Source: Vitreimonas sp. (GTDB taxonomy: Bacteria; Patescibacteriota; Microgenomatia; UBA1400; PJMF01). Taken from it: a DNA stretch of 64,000 nucleotides. A program made the position numbers and the translations under genes. The DNA is taken from assembly GCA_035627515.1 (NCBI GenBank), contig DASPLQ010000012.1, forward strand, positions 1,034,331-1,098,330, written 5' to 3'. Below are positions 50,204-60,245 of the stretch, piece after piece. The notes under the pieces were generated by a model, which worked only from the letters and a program-made list of their open reading frames with translations, had not been told where the DNA came from and did no database searches. Every line of letters starts with the position of its first letter. Position 1 is the first letter of the stretch.

Positions 50204-51247
50204 ATGGGCTCACTCGCGTTAGTGCTAGGTATTTTAATTTTTTCCTTTATCGTAACCAGCACGGTGATCGTGCCGTTTATCAACACCTTGTACGCTCTTA
50301 AGTTTCAACGTGCTCAACAGCAAACCCGAGATGCGTTTGGCATGTTGACGCCAATTTTCGATGCCTTTCACAAACACAAGGCTGGTGTGCCAGTTGGTGG
50401 CGGGCTGTTGGTGATTATCGTAGTGTCGTTGATTTTCACTTTCCTGTTACCGATCCTAGAGTCATTTGGACTTTCTGTGTCCGGGGTGTATGGCAATACT
50501 CAAGGTGAGATCAATGTTTTGTTTTTTACTTTTTTGTCATTTGGCGTGTTAGGTTTGTATGACGATGTCAAAAAGTTTTTTCATTTTGAAAAAGAAGCTT
50601 TTTTTGGTTTGCGGTTGAAGCACAAACTGGCTTTACAAATTATTTTAGCCAGCATGATTGCCTTTATGCTGTATTTTAATTTGCACATTTCGATTTTACA
50701 CATCCCCTTTATTGGCACTTTTGAGCTGGGGTTGATGTATATTCCCTTTGCCACCTTTGTGATTGTGGCTTTTGCTAACGCAGTCAACATCACCGATGGT
50801 TTAGATGGTTTAGCCTCTGGGACATTGATGATTTCATTATTTGGTTTGTGGTTTTTGTCAGCTTCAATTTTAGACGTGCCTTTATCTTTGTTTTTAGCCT
50901 TATGGATTGGTTCACTGGTGTCCTTTTTATATTTCAATGTCTATCCGGCTCGGATGTTTATGGGTGATGTGGGTGCGTTGTCTTTTGGAGCCACTTTAGC
51001 CGTGGTCGGCTTATTATTAGGTAAGGTAATTGCCTTAGTCGTGATTGGTTTTATCTTTGTTTTCGAAATTACGACTTCATTTTTACAACTGCTCTCCAAA
51101 CGTTTTCGTGGTAAAAAGCTTTTCCCAGCTGCCCCTTTCCACTTATTTTTGCAAAAGTATGGGTGGGAAGAGCCTAAAATTGTGCAGCGGGCTTGGTTAG
51201 TCCAAGTGATGCTGACTCTCTTTGGCGTGTGGTTAGCCGTGATATGA
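50204..51247 (+). CDS. mraY: Phospho-N-acetylmuramoyl-pentapeptide transferase
   Basis: DD (LYDDVKKF), NAVNITDGLDGLA and FMGDVGALSFGA motifs. Confidence 0.9.
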   Translation: MGSLALVLGILIFSFIVTSTVIVPFINTLYALKFQRAQQQTRDAFGMLTPIFDAFHKHKAGVPVGGGLLVIIVVSLIFTFLLPILESFGLSVSGVYGNTQGEINVLFFTFLSFGVLGLYDDVKKFFHFEKEAFFGLRLKHKLALQIILASMIAFMLYFNLHISILHIPFIGTFELGLMYIPFATFVIVAFANAVNITDGLDGLASGTLMISLFGLWFLSASILDVPLSLFLALWIGSLVSFLYFNVYPARMFMGDVGALSFGATLAVVGLLLGKVIALVVIGFIFVFEITTSFLQLLSKRFRGKKLFPAAPFHLFLQKYGWEEPKIVQRAWLVQVMLTLFGVWLAVI

Positions 51248-52326
51248 GAATCTCACCACAATTAGTTGTTGCCATTTTAACCCTGGGGTTGTGTTTGCTG
51301 GGACTGTTGTTTGTATTTGAGGCTTCCACAGCTGAGGCCTTAGCTATTGCTGACAATCCCTATTTTTTTGTCACTCAACAAGCCGTGCGGCTAGCCATTG
51401 GCGTGGTGGCGTTAATAGGCGTCCAACTTGTCCCTATTGGACTGTGGCAAAAAACAGCGGGGTTGTGGTACGGACTGAGTATCTTGTTACTTCTGCTCGT
51501 CATTATTCCGGGCATCGGTCTCGAGCTCAATGGCGCCCATCGGTGGCTGAATGTAGGTGGTTTTTTGCTACAGCCGGTAGAAATTGCTAAGTTTTCGGTG
51601 ATTCTTTTTTTTGCGAGTTGGATGGTCAAACACCAGCGATTAGGTCCCTTTTTATTTTTGACAATGATGCCGGCCTTGTTGGTCATTAAGCAACCTGACT
51701 TAGGATCATTGCTAGTCTTACTATGTATCGCCTTTGGGATTTATTTTGTAGCAGGTGGCAAAATGACGAGTATTATTGGCATTGGTTTCTTAGGAATTGT
51801 GTTACTCAGCTTAGCTATTGTCAGTTCGCCTTACAGAATGAAACGGGTGACTACTTTTTTAAACCCTGATAGTGATCCCTTGGGAGCTAGTTTTCATATC
51901 CGGCAAATTACTTTGGCTTTAGGTAATGGGGGTTGGTGGGGACAAGGTCTGGGTAACTCTCGACAGAAATACTCTTATATTCCGGAAGCCAGCACCGACT
52001 CAATCTTTGCCATTATTGCTGAAGAAGTGGGATTTTTTGGGTCACTGGCCTTAATCACGCTGATGGGAAGTTATATTTATGCGTGCTTCAATTTAGTGAA
52101 GCAGATTAAAGATGATCCTTTTCGCTACTTAGTGGCAGTGGGAATTGTAATTTGGATATCTTCTCAAGTAGTCTTAAATTTAGCTGCAGTAGTAGCGTTG
52201 GTGCCATTGACCGGTGTGCCATTACCGTTCTTTTCTTATGGTGGCTCTTCATTGATAATGTTATTAATCGGAGTGGGCGTGTTAATAAAATGTAGCATCC
52301 AACCGTCATCCGTAAAAAAACGATGA
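51244..52326 (+). CDS. ftsW: SEDS-family peptidoglycan glycosyltransferase FtsW
   Basis: Polytopic membrane protein with SEDS motifs PEASTDSIFA and PLPFFSYGGSS. ATGA overlap with mraY. Confidence 0.85.
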   Translation: MRISPQLVVAILTLGLCLLGLLFVFEASTAEALAIADNPYFFVTQQAVRLAIGVVALIGVQLVPIGLWQKTAGLWYGLSILLLLLVIIPGIGLELNGAHRWLNVGGFLLQPVEIAKFSVILFFASWMVKHQRLGPFLFLTMMPALLVIKQPDLGSLLVLLCIAFGIYFVAGGKMTSIIGIGFLGIVLLSLAIVSSPYRMKRVTTFLNPDSDPLGASFHIRQITLALGNGGWWGQGLGNSRQKYSYIPEASTDSIFAIIAEEVGFFGSLALITLMGSYIYACFNLVKQIKDDPFRYLVAVGIVIWISSQVVLNLAAVVALVPLTGVPLPFFSYGGSSLIMLLIGVGVLIKCSIQPSSVKKR

Positions 52327-53441
52327 AAATTTTGATTTCCGGTGGACATTTGACGCCCGCCTTAGCCTTGTGTGACTATCTTCAGCAAGCCCAGCCAGAT
52401 TGGAAAATATTATTTGTGGGCAGAACATTTTCCCAGGACACAGCTCAGCAAAAAGCTCATGAGCAAAATGAAGTGGCAAAGCGCGGTCTGCCTTTTTTTG
52501 CTTTACAGGCACCGCGATTGAGTGGGGATTCATGGTGGGAAAAAATACAGCGTAGTTCACAGTTTGTGGCGAGCGTCTCCCGGGCATTGAAAATAATATC
52601 TCAAGAAAAACCCAGTGTTTTTGTTTCCTTTGGGGGTTATTTGGCTGTGCCGATTGCGCTGGCAGCTTGGCTCAAGGGCGTTCCAATCGTCACACACGAG
52701 CAAACACGGCGACCTGGCCGGGCAAATCTCTTTATTGCTCGCTTAGCACAAAAAATTGCTATTTCCTTTCCAGAAACTGCCTCGGTTTTCCCCTCACATA
52801 AAGTAGTTGTCACTGGCAATTTATTACGACCAGAGTTATTTAAACTCCAACATCCTGCTTTCGGCGATATTAAAAAACAAAATGATTTACCATTACTCTA
52901 TGTAACAGGAGGAAATCAAGGTGCCAAAGTCTTGAATGATGTAATTGCTGACGGCTTACCAGAGTTAATTAAAACATGGCGCATAATTCATCAATGTGGC
53001 AATGCAACTAAGGATCACGATTACTTGACTCAACTTCAAGCACGTAAAGAAACATTGACAACCGAAGAAAAAGCTCGGTATGTGATACGAGAATGGTTTA
53101 CAACTGAAGAACTGGCACTAATTTATAGTCAGGCTACGATCGTTTTATCACGGGCTGGGGCTAATACCGTCTATGAATTGGCTGCGGTCAAAGTGCCCAG
53201 CATCTTGGTTCCCTTACCCACCGCATATCAAGATGAACAACAGGCCAATGCCGAGTGGTTAGTAAAACTGGGGGGAGCCAAACTTTTACCTCAATCTGAG
53301 CTCAATCAAGAAAACCTGATAAAGGTATTAACCATGATTAAGGAAACAACACCCCAAATGACAGCTGCCTTAGAAAAGTTGCAAATTCCTTTAGATGCAA
53401 CTGCGCAATTAACAGACGTCCTGAAAACGTATCAAAGCTAA
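52323..53441 (+). CDS. murG: Lipid II synthase MurG
   Basis: MKILISGGHLTPALAL and G-loop TGGNQGA. ATGA overlap with ftsW. Confidence 0.85.
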   Translation: MKILISGGHLTPALALCDYLQQAQPDWKILFVGRTFSQDTAQQKAHEQNEVAKRGLPFFALQAPRLSGDSWWEKIQRSSQFVASVSRALKIISQEKPSVFVSFGGYLAVPIALAAWLKGVPIVTHEQTRRPGRANLFIARLAQKIAISFPETASVFPSHKVVVTGNLLRPELFKLQHPAFGDIKKQNDLPLLYVTGGNQGAKVLNDVIADGLPELIKTWRIIHQCGNATKDHDYLTQLQARKETLTTEEKARYVIREWFTTEELALIYSQATIVLSRAGANTVYELAAVKVPSILVPLPTAYQDEQQANAEWLVKLGGAKLLPQSELNQENLIKVLTMIKETTPQMTAALEKLQIPLDATAQLTDVLKTYQS

Positions 53442-53443
53442 TT

Positions 53444-54229
53444 ATGTTTCGTTTTTTAGCGCCATTATTGCTGGTGACTGGTTTACTAGGAGTAGTGCTC
53501 ACAATTATTCACTTTCAGTTTCAAGTGGAATATCTGGTTTGTGAAACGACTGAAGGTAACTGTCCTGAGATGGTGATGCCGTTACTAGATAAAACTAAAC
53601 ACAGTTCATTATTTTTTACTGATCATCATTCACTCGTAGCCGCTGATTTAGCCAAACTTGGTTGGAGAGTAAATAGTATTAAAAAAAAGCTCCCTCAGCA
53701 ATTAATTATGCAACTGAGCCCAGAGCAACCTGTGTATCGTCTCTACTTTTCACCAGATAAAGCTGAGATTTATTTTACTTCTGGGGCGTTTGTAACAGAA
53801 AGTAATCCTAGTCTTGAGTCAGCGTTAACAACTATTCAGTTTTATGATCCAACGGGAACACCGCCACCGCTCACCCACTCCTTTTTGAATGTAGTTATTC
53901 CCACCCTCCAAGAACAGCAAGTGGGGTTTACAACTTTACAGTTACAATCAGATGGAGCTCTGGAGCTGACACTGCCTTCTGGTCAAAAAGCCGTCATTGA
54001 TCGTGACCAGCCTCAGGCGCAAGTGACCAAGCTCAAAATGATTTTAGATCAGCTCGATTTTGCTTCATTTTCTCAGCCAATTCAAATTATTGATCTCCGT
54101 TTTAAATATCCAGTGCTTAAAACTCAGCAAGATACTAGAGAGTTTTCACCAATTGAGTTGAGCACAGATCAAGCAGCAACACCTTCTGTTACTCCAATTA
54201 GTACGGCTTCGGCCAGTCCGGCGGAGTAA
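53444..54229 (+). CDS. ftsQ: FtsQ/DivIB-like cell division protein
   Basis: N-terminal TM followed by a periplasmic domain. Located between murG and ftsA. Confidence 0.55.
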   Translation: MFRFLAPLLLVTGLLGVVLTIIHFQFQVEYLVCETTEGNCPEMVMPLLDKTKHSSLFFTDHHSLVAADLAKLGWRVNSIKKKLPQQLIMQLSPEQPVYRLYFSPDKAEIYFTSGAFVTESNPSLESALTTIQFYDPTGTPPPLTHSFLNVVIPTLQEQQVGFTTLQLQSDGALELTLPSGQKAVIDRDQPQAQVTKLKMILDQLDFASFSQPIQIIDLRFKYPVLKTQQDTREFSPIELSTDQAATPSVTPISTASASPAE

Positions 54230-54272
54230 GAAACTTAATATCGACAGAGGATCTGTTTTTTTGATATGCTAA

Positions 54273-55595
54273 ATGACAGGCTTTATGGCACGATCTATTC
54301 CCATTACTGCAATTGATATTGGTACCGACAAATGCGTCACACTCATCGCTGTGCTTGACGATGAAACTCGTCAACTCCGGGTAGTAGGTGCTTCGGTGGT
54401 GGCCTCACGTGGTTTGCGCAAAAGCACGATTGTGGATCTAGAGCAGGTGCTAGAAACTATTACCGAGAGTCTTGATGGCGCTGAACGGATGGCAGGTTTT
54501 GACGTCAAAAGTGCTTTTATCTCGGTGTCAGGCAGTCATATTGCTTCTCAGAACTCAAAAGGTGTGGTGGCAGTAGCCGCTCCTAATCAGGAAATTATGC
54601 GTGAAGACGTCTCACGAGTGATTGAAGCCGCTCGCGCTATCTCGTTACCAAGTGATCGTGAAATTGTCCATGTGGTACCGCGGCACTTTAAGGTTGACTC
54701 TCAGGATGGAATTAAAGACCCGGTGGGTATGACTGGCGTACGCCTCGAGGCAGAAGCCCACATTATTACCAGCATGTCGACCGCTTTGCGAAACTTAGAA
54801 AAAAGTATTCGCGATGTCGGTTTAGAAGTGGACGGCTTTGTCTTTGCTGGTTTAGCGGCAGCTGACGTGGTAGTGACTGAAACCGAAAAAGAACTGGGCG
54901 TAGTGGTGGTTGATATTGGCGCAGGTTCTACGGCCTTGTGTGCCTTTGTAGAAGGCTCATTAGCTTATTCAGCTGTTCTGCCTATTGGAGCTCGGCATAT
55001 TACTCAAGATATTGCTTTAGGGTGTCGGGTTAGTTTAGAAGCTGCCGAAAAAATTAAGGTAGCCCTCTCTACTGAAACACTGGACACAGTCACACCATAT
55101 CCTGGTGAATCAAAAGAGGATCTCAACAAACGTCGTAAAAAAGCCGATGTCCTGGAAGTGGGGAAGCTGGGTATTGAAGAAAGTGTGGAAGTGTTATCGA
55201 AGCGAGCGATTGTCGAAGGCATCATGGTGCCGAGAATGAAGGAAATTTTTACCATGATCGCTCAACAACTTAACTCTCATGATTTGTTGCCTTTGGTACC
55301 AGCGGGAGTAGTTTTATCAGGCGGCGGAGCTGAGACGATTGGTATTGCAGAAGTGGCTAAACGGACCTTAAACCTACCCGCTCGAGTTGGTCGACCTTTA
55401 GAACTGCAAGGTTTAGTTCATGATATCCAAAAGCCTTCCTTTGCCACCGCGATTGGTTTGCTCATGTATGGAAAGTACCGTGGTGGGAGTCATGCCAGTG
55501 GCCACACTCTTAAAATTCCCAATATTTTTAAAGATATTAATATCGGTGGGATTGCCAACTCATTAGGCAAGTTTTTTAAATCGTTAATGCCGTAG
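54273..55595 (+). CDS. ftsA: Cell division protein FtsA
   Basis: IDIGTDK and actin-like ATPase motifs (VVDIGAGST, LSGGGA). Confidence 0.85.
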   Translation: MTGFMARSIPITAIDIGTDKCVTLIAVLDDETRQLRVVGASVVASRGLRKSTIVDLEQVLETITESLDGAERMAGFDVKSAFISVSGSHIASQNSKGVVAVAAPNQEIMREDVSRVIEAARAISLPSDREIVHVVPRHFKVDSQDGIKDPVGMTGVRLEAEAHIITSMSTALRNLEKSIRDVGLEVDGFVFAGLAAADVVVTETEKELGVVVVDIGAGSTALCAFVEGSLAYSAVLPIGARHITQDIALGCRVSLEAAEKIKVALSTETLDTVTPYPGESKEDLNKRRKKADVLEVGKLGIEESVEVLSKRAIVEGIMVPRMKEIFTMIAQQLNSHDLLPLVPAGVVLSGGGAETIGIAEVAKRTLNLPARVGRPLELQGLVHDIQKPSFATAIGLLMYGKYRGGSHASGHTLKIPNIFKDINIGGIANSLGKFFKSLMP

Positions 55596-55677
55596 GTATC
55601 TACTTGATCTGGCTCTGTTGAGTTTAGGGTTTTAGTGATACACTTGAGCATCAAATTAGTACGAAATAGATACACGT

Positions 55678-57015
55678 ATGGGACTCGTTAAACCAACTAA
55701 TACAACTTTTGCGAAAATTAAAGTCATCGGTGTCGGCGGCGGTGGCGGTAACGCTGTCAACTCAATGATCACTTCTAACCAAATTCAAGGGGTGGAGTTT
55801 ATTACCGTCAATACAGATGCCCAAGCCTTACTGACTTCCAAAGCTGAAACTAAACTGCAAATTGGCAACAACTTTACCAAAGGTTTGGGTTCTGGCGCTG
55901 ATCCTGATGTGGGTCGCACTGCAGCTGAAGAAAGTCGTGAAAAATTAAAAGATTTACTGTATGACTCTGATATGGTGTTTATTACCGCGGGAATGGGAGG
56001 TGGCACTGGTACTGGTGCTTCACCCGTGATTGCCGAAATTGCTAAAGAAGCCGGCGCTTTGACTGTTGCCGTCGTCACTAAGCCCTTTGCCTTCGAAGGT
56101 ATCCGTCGCATGCAATCTGCTGAAGAGGGCATTGCTACCCTCAAAGAAAATGTCGACACTTTGATTGTGATTCCTAATCAACGCTTGATGGATGTTGTTG
56201 ATAAAAAAATGACGCTCTTGGATGCCTTTCGCTTAGCTGATAATGTTTTAGGTCAGGGTGTGCAAGGTATTTCTGATTTAATCACAGTTCCTGGACTGAT
56301 TAACGTCGACTTTGCTGACGTGAAGACAATCATGACTGAATCAGGTTCAGCATTAATGGGCATTGGGGAAGCCAGTGGTGAGAACCGCGCTGCCACAGCC
56401 GCCCGGATGGCAATTTCTTCACCATTGTTGGAAGTTTCCATCGATGGTGCCAAGGGTATCCTCTATAACATCATTGGTGGTCCTGATATGACAATGAGTG
56501 AAGTTTCTGATGCTTCTGCGATTATTGCTAATGCAGCTGCGCCTGATTCCAACATAATCTTTGGTGCTACCATCGATGAAAACATGGGTAATCGCATTAA
56601 AATTAGTGTCATAGCCACCGGTTTTGATGAGCGTCAAATGGGTTATGCTGCTACTAATAGACCAGTGTTTGGCGCTTTTAGTCGTGAATCTTCCCGCCGC
56701 TTAAATACTACGACTCCTGCTACCAATGTAAGTACTCCTTCTACAGCAGGCGAAACGAGAATTGATCGTGCGCCAGGAAGCTTTACTCAACCCCAAACCA
56801 CAGCCCAAATCGCTGGCACACCAGGTGTTGTGCCTACCCAGCCGTTTGTGCGCTCGCAAGCTTTTGGTGACCAGATGTCTTCTACACAATCTGCCCCTAC
56901 CACGCCTCAAACTCAGCCGTCGACCACAGCCGCTTCTCAAGCTGCAGGTAAGCCTGCAGTCGATCCTGCTTTTGAAGATGAGTTTGAAATTCCCGCATTT
57001 CTACGGCAGAAATAA
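55678..57015 (+). CDS. ftsZ: Cell division GTPase FtsZ
   Basis: GGGTGTG tubulin signature and NTDAQAL. Long S/T/P/Q-rich C-terminal linker ending in the conserved C-terminal peptide ([13 protein letters not shown]). Confidence 0.95.
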   Translation: MGLVKPTNTTFAKIKVIGVGGGGGNAVNSMITSNQIQGVEFITVNTDAQALLTSKAETKLQIGNNFTKGLGSGADPDVGRTAAEESREKLKDLLYDSDMVFITAGMGGGTGTGASPVIAEIAKEAGALTVAVVTKPFAFEGIRRMQSAEEGIATLKENVDTLIVIPNQRLMDVVDKKMTLLDAFRLADNVLGQGVQGISDLITVPGLINVDFADVKTIMTESGSALMGIGEASGENRAATAARMAISSPLLEVSIDGAKGILYNIIGGPDMTMSEVSDASAIIANAAAPDSNIIFGATIDENMGNRIKISVIATGFDERQMGYAATNRPVFGAFSRESSRRLNTTTPATNVSTPSTAGETRIDRAPGSFTQPQTTAQIAGTPGVVPTQPFVRSQAFGDQMSSTQSAPTTPQTQPSTTAASQAAGKPAVDPAFEDEFEIPAFLRQK

Positions 57016-57044
57016 CCTCAAGAAGAACTAAATAACTTGTTACT

Positions 57045-57073
57045 AACTCGGTACATAATACCGAGTTTTTTTA
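57045..57073 (+). terminator. Rho-independent terminator after ftsZ
   Basis: AACTCGGTA-cataa-TACCGAGTT followed by TTTTTTT. Confidence 0.8.
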
Positions 57074-57098
57074 TGCTTGGTTGTGAATATAGCAAACT

Positions 57099-57290
57099 AT
57101 GTCACACCAAACAACATCCAGTTCATCCAAGCGAGAAGTAACTCGTAATGGCGAAATTTTCGAGAAAAATACTCGCAAGGAAAACAGACTTTCATACACC
57201 CAGCTATCCCTTGAATACAACTTAACTGTTGCCCGCATCGGCAACATCGTTCGTGACGAAAAAAAGCGCCGCGGATGGAAGGGGGTTTAA
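57099..57290 (+). CDS. Small HTH DNA-binding protein (sigma-70 region-4/terminase-small-like)
   Basis: LSYTQLSLEYNLTVARIGNIVRDEKKRR looks like a helix-turn-helix. Confidence 0.4.
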   Translation: MSHQTTSSSSKREVTRNGEIFEKNTRKENRLSYTQLSLEYNLTVARIGNIVRDEKKRRGWKGV

Positions 57291-57902
57291 ATGAAAGCTA
57301 AATCAAGACTAGCCCACAACAAAAATATGGTTTTGGTGAACTATGTTGGCGGATCTGAATACGAATACCCATGGGAACAAACTCTCAACAGATTTAAAAC
57401 CATCGCTGTTTTCAGTTTCTTCCTGTCAGTAAGCATGGGGTTAATGATGTATGGCCAATATAACCCTGAACTAATTAGTCCTTTACCTGTCAACGCTTCA
57501 ACTATCTACACCAATACAGTAGTCATCGATAAAAACCAAAACGTTGACACCTGGATTGCTGAGGCTGTGGATGAGTTTCTACCTAAAAGATCTTCTGAGG
57601 GTCGAAAAATAATGCATTGTCTGGCCAATCAAGAATCCAAGCATGGAGAAGACAAAGGTCATGGAGACGGTGGTTTAGCCGGTGGTCCATTTCAGTTCCA
57701 CGAAGCAACCTGGGTCGGTATGCGAAAGCAAATGATCAAAGAAGGTCATGCCACTGAAATTGGTAGCAGATATGACTTCAAAGAAGCAGCTCGAACTACA
57801 GCTTGGGCTATTGCAAACGGTAGAGCTTTGGAGTGGGGACCTATTTTAAGAGAGTCTAAAGGTTCAAATCATGCCACCTGTCATGTCCCAAGTTGGTATT
57901 AA
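57291..57902 (+). CDS. Membrane-anchored transglycosylase-like (Rpf/PF06737-type lysozyme-like) protein
   Basis: TM anchor. QESKHGEDKGHGDGGLAGGPFQFHEATW parallels the Rpf motif CESGGNW...GGLQFSQSTW. ALEWGP follows. Confidence 0.5.
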   Translation: MKAKSRLAHNKNMVLVNYVGGSEYEYPWEQTLNRFKTIAVFSFFLSVSMGLMMYGQYNPELISPLPVNASTIYTNTVVIDKNQNVDTWIAEAVDEFLPKRSSEGRKIMHCLANQESKHGEDKGHGDGGLAGGPFQFHEATWVGMRKQMIKEGHATEIGSRYDFKEAARTTAWAIANGRALEWGPILRESKGSNHATCHVPSWY

Positions 57903-58111
57903 ACACATTATTAAAAATGAAAAGGAGAGTTCAAAACAAAAAGAAATTACCGAAGTGCGGATGCAAGACATACGGACACCGCTCTTCAGTAAGACCAGCA
58001 AAACTCAACAGGTCGCTACACAAAAGTGGCTATTATGCCTGGTGGGTGAAAAAAGCACGAAGAGAGTTTGGTCAACTCGATGAAATAAAAAAAATCCCTA
58101 GTTGGCGCTAG
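57893..58111 (+). CDS. Small basic hypothetical protein (uncertain)
   Basis: 72-aa, highly basic ORF overlapping the 3' end of the previous gene. An alternative is the 57871..58083 ORF in another frame. Confidence 0.25.
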   Translation: MVLNTLLKMKRRVQNKKKLPKCGCKTYGHRSSVRPAKLNRSLHKSGYYAWWVKKARREFGQLDEIKKIPSWR

Positions 58112-58135
58112 GGAAGTAATTACAAGGAATTAACT

Positions 58136-59128
58136 ATGTCAAACATAACACAGGCGCAACCGAAAATGCAACTTAGAAAAGCACAAAAGCAAAAAGCAAA
58201 ACTCAGAATGGGTCTAGCTGGTACGAGCGGATCTGGAAAAACCTTCTCAGCCCTACTCTTAGCCAGTGGATTAACAAGCTGGGACAAGATTTGCGTAATT
58301 GATACTGAAAATGGATCAGCTGACCTTTATGACCATTTGGGTGACTATAACGTTTTACCTTTAACGGCGCCATTTTCTCCAGAAAGATACATTGAAGCCG
58401 TAAAAGCATGTGAAGAAGCCGGAGCTGAGGTCATCATCATTGACTCAATTACTCATGAGTGGGATGGAAAGGGTGGCTGTCTTGAAATCGTCGAAAAACT
58501 AGGCGGTCGCTATCAGGACTGGTCCAAGGTTACTCCTCGACACACAGCCTTTATTGAATCGATCTTGCAAAGCACAGCTCATATCATCACGACTGTTCGA
58601 AGAAAACAAGATTACGAGATGACCAAAGACAATAACGGCAAGATTAAAGTTGAAAAGGCAGGATTGAAAGAAATTACTCGAGAAGGCTTTGAGTACGAAC
58701 TCACCCTATCGTTTGCCATTTCTCAAAATCACTATGCTGTGGCGAGCAAAGACAGAACTGGCCTTTTTATGGACAAGCCGGAGTTCGTAATTTCACCTGA
58801 AACAGGTTTGATTCTCAAGAACTGGTCTGAGAGTGGAGTAACTGAAATCTTGATCCAAGAATCTCAACTAATGGAACTGGAAAAGCTTTTAGATGTTAAG
58901 GGAAAGAGAAAAGAGCCATTACTTGAATTTTATAAAGTCGAATCTTTAGACAAATTAACCCTTAAACAAGCTCAAGCAGCTATCTCCAAGCTCAAAACCT
59001 ACGAAGATGCTCCTCCTGAACCATCAGAAGAAGAGTTGGGTCGAATCGATGGAGACCAAATTGCCGAGGAAGTAGAAGCCGGTTTAGAGGCCGCAAAAAA
59101 AGCTAACACAAAGGAGTCCAATGAATAA
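58136..59128 (+). CDS. Sak4-like RecA-fold ATPase (AAA_24), phage recombination protein
   Basis: Walker A GTSGSGKT, then VIDTENG and IIIDSITHEW, typical of AAA_24/Sak4. Acidic C-terminal tail. Confidence 0.6.
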   Translation: MSNITQAQPKMQLRKAQKQKAKLRMGLAGTSGSGKTFSALLLASGLTSWDKICVIDTENGSADLYDHLGDYNVLPLTAPFSPERYIEAVKACEEAGAEVIIIDSITHEWDGKGGCLEIVEKLGGRYQDWSKVTPRHTAFIESILQSTAHIITTVRRKQDYEMTKDNNGKIKVEKAGLKEITREGFEYELTLSFAISQNHYAVASKDRTGLFMDKPEFVISPETGLILKNWSESGVTEILIQESQLMELEKLLDVKGKRKEPLLEFYKVESLDKLTLKQAQAAISKLKTYEDAPPEPSEEELGRIDGDQIAEEVEAGLEAAKKANTKESNE

Positions 59129-59480
59129 ATCAATAAAAGCACGTTGTTTCATGAAAGAAACAAAAGAACTGTTATATCCAGATTCATTTGAGCTTAGTTC
59201 AGCGAACATCAACCTTGAAGATAAATATTCAATTGTGAGTTTCTCAACAGGCAAGTTCGACTTAAATGGTCATGAAATATTTGGGGGTGATTTAGTTACC
59301 ACCCCCTCAGGAACCCTCTACAAGATTATTTGGGTAGACAACTCAAGTATGTGTGGATGGGGAATGATGAGAATCCCTGGATTAAAAGCTTTGTTTGTAA
59401 CAGATCTGTGGGAGAAGCTCGAAATCGTAGGAAATATTTACGAGAATCCTGAGATTTTAGAAAGGAGCTCCAATGTCTGA
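59121..59480 (+). CDS. YopX-like phage protein
   Basis: The C-terminus IVGNIYENPEILE is characteristic of the YopX family. Confidence 0.5.
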   Translation: MNKSIKARCFMKETKELLYPDSFELSSANINLEDKYSIVSFSTGKFDLNGHEIFGGDLVTTPSGTLYKIIWVDNSSMCGWGMMRIPGLKALFVTDLWEKLEIVGNIYENPEILERSSNV

Positions 59481-59646
59481 CACAACTTCCGATAAGGTTT
59501 GGAACTTCTTAAAACCTGGAATTGATGCTGTTAAAGAGCTGAAGCTGCTCACAAAAACTCAAGTGACCAGATTAACTCAAGTGATCGATGACGAGTTGTC
59601 AGTAATCGAAGAAGAACAAGCCGAACGACAAGAAATTGAAGAGTAA
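59470..59646 (+). CDS. Small acidic hypothetical protein (58 aa)
   Basis: ORF MSDTTSDKVWNF...QEIEE. Preceded by RBS AGGAG. Confidence 0.35.
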   Translation, partial: PMSDTTSDKVWNFLKPGIDAVKELKLLTKTQVTRLTQVIDDELSVIEEEQAERQEIEE

Positions 59647-59707
59647 AAAAATTATTAATTAGTGGCCTTGCTGCCCTCATACCTCTCACCGGGTGTGAAA
59701 GGACCTA

Positions 59708-60244
59708 ATGAAACTGAGACCTGCCGTACTATGCATTTGGTATACCGATTCATTCGGAAATAAAAGACGAGAACCTCAAGGAAAATTCTTCTACCTTGAT
59801 GGAAAGCCTGTATTTCTCGCCGACATGAACCCCAATAAGCTCTGGAGAAAGTTCAATGGCTATTCAATAGCTAAACAAATTCTCGAAGTTTTTTCAGAGC
59901 TTAAACTTCGCCCTCAAATTATTTATCGACTCAAATCTAGTGGTCTTTTGTACTACGCAAAACCTACCTCATTCACTACGAAGGGGATTATGGTTTCGTA
60001 CGGTAATCACCAACAGTACATTCTTCCAATTAAGAATTTTGAAGCTAAACAAAAGGCATTGATTAATGAGCCCAAGAACTTACCTCTTCTCGATCTTGAT
60101 CGTTGGAAGAAACTTGAGGAGATTAACTTCCCTGAACCAGAGCCAAGACCTTCAGCACCTCTAGAAAAGGCTCCGTTTAGTCTCAGCGAGCGGTTCAAAC
60201 AAGTATGTAGTAACAAAACCCAATCACAAGGAGCACTGAACTAA
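59708..60244 (+). CDS. Hypothetical protein
   Basis: 178-aa ORF with RBS GAAAGGA. Confidence 0.5.
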   Translation: MKLRPAVLCIWYTDSFGNKRREPQGKFFYLDGKPVFLADMNPNKLWRKFNGYSIAKQILEVFSELKLRPQIIYRLKSSGLLYYAKPTSFTTKGIMVSYGNHQQYILPIKNFEAKQKALINEPKNLPLLDLDRWKKLEEINFPEPEPRPSAPLEKAPFSLSERFKQVCSNKTQSQGALN

Positions 60245-60245
60245 T

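Noticed and set aside
56762-57031. 89-aa plus-strand ORF overlapping the ftsZ C-terminus in another frame
   Set aside because: It is an alternative-frame read-through of the low-complexity FtsZ linker. The FtsZ frame is clearly correct through the conserved C-terminal peptide.
58085-58113. Hairpin TCCCTAG-ttggcg-CTAGGGA preceded by an A-run
   Set aside because: There is no U-run downstream on the plus strand. It would only work as a terminator for the minus strand, where no gene is present. It is probably incidental or a minor attenuator.
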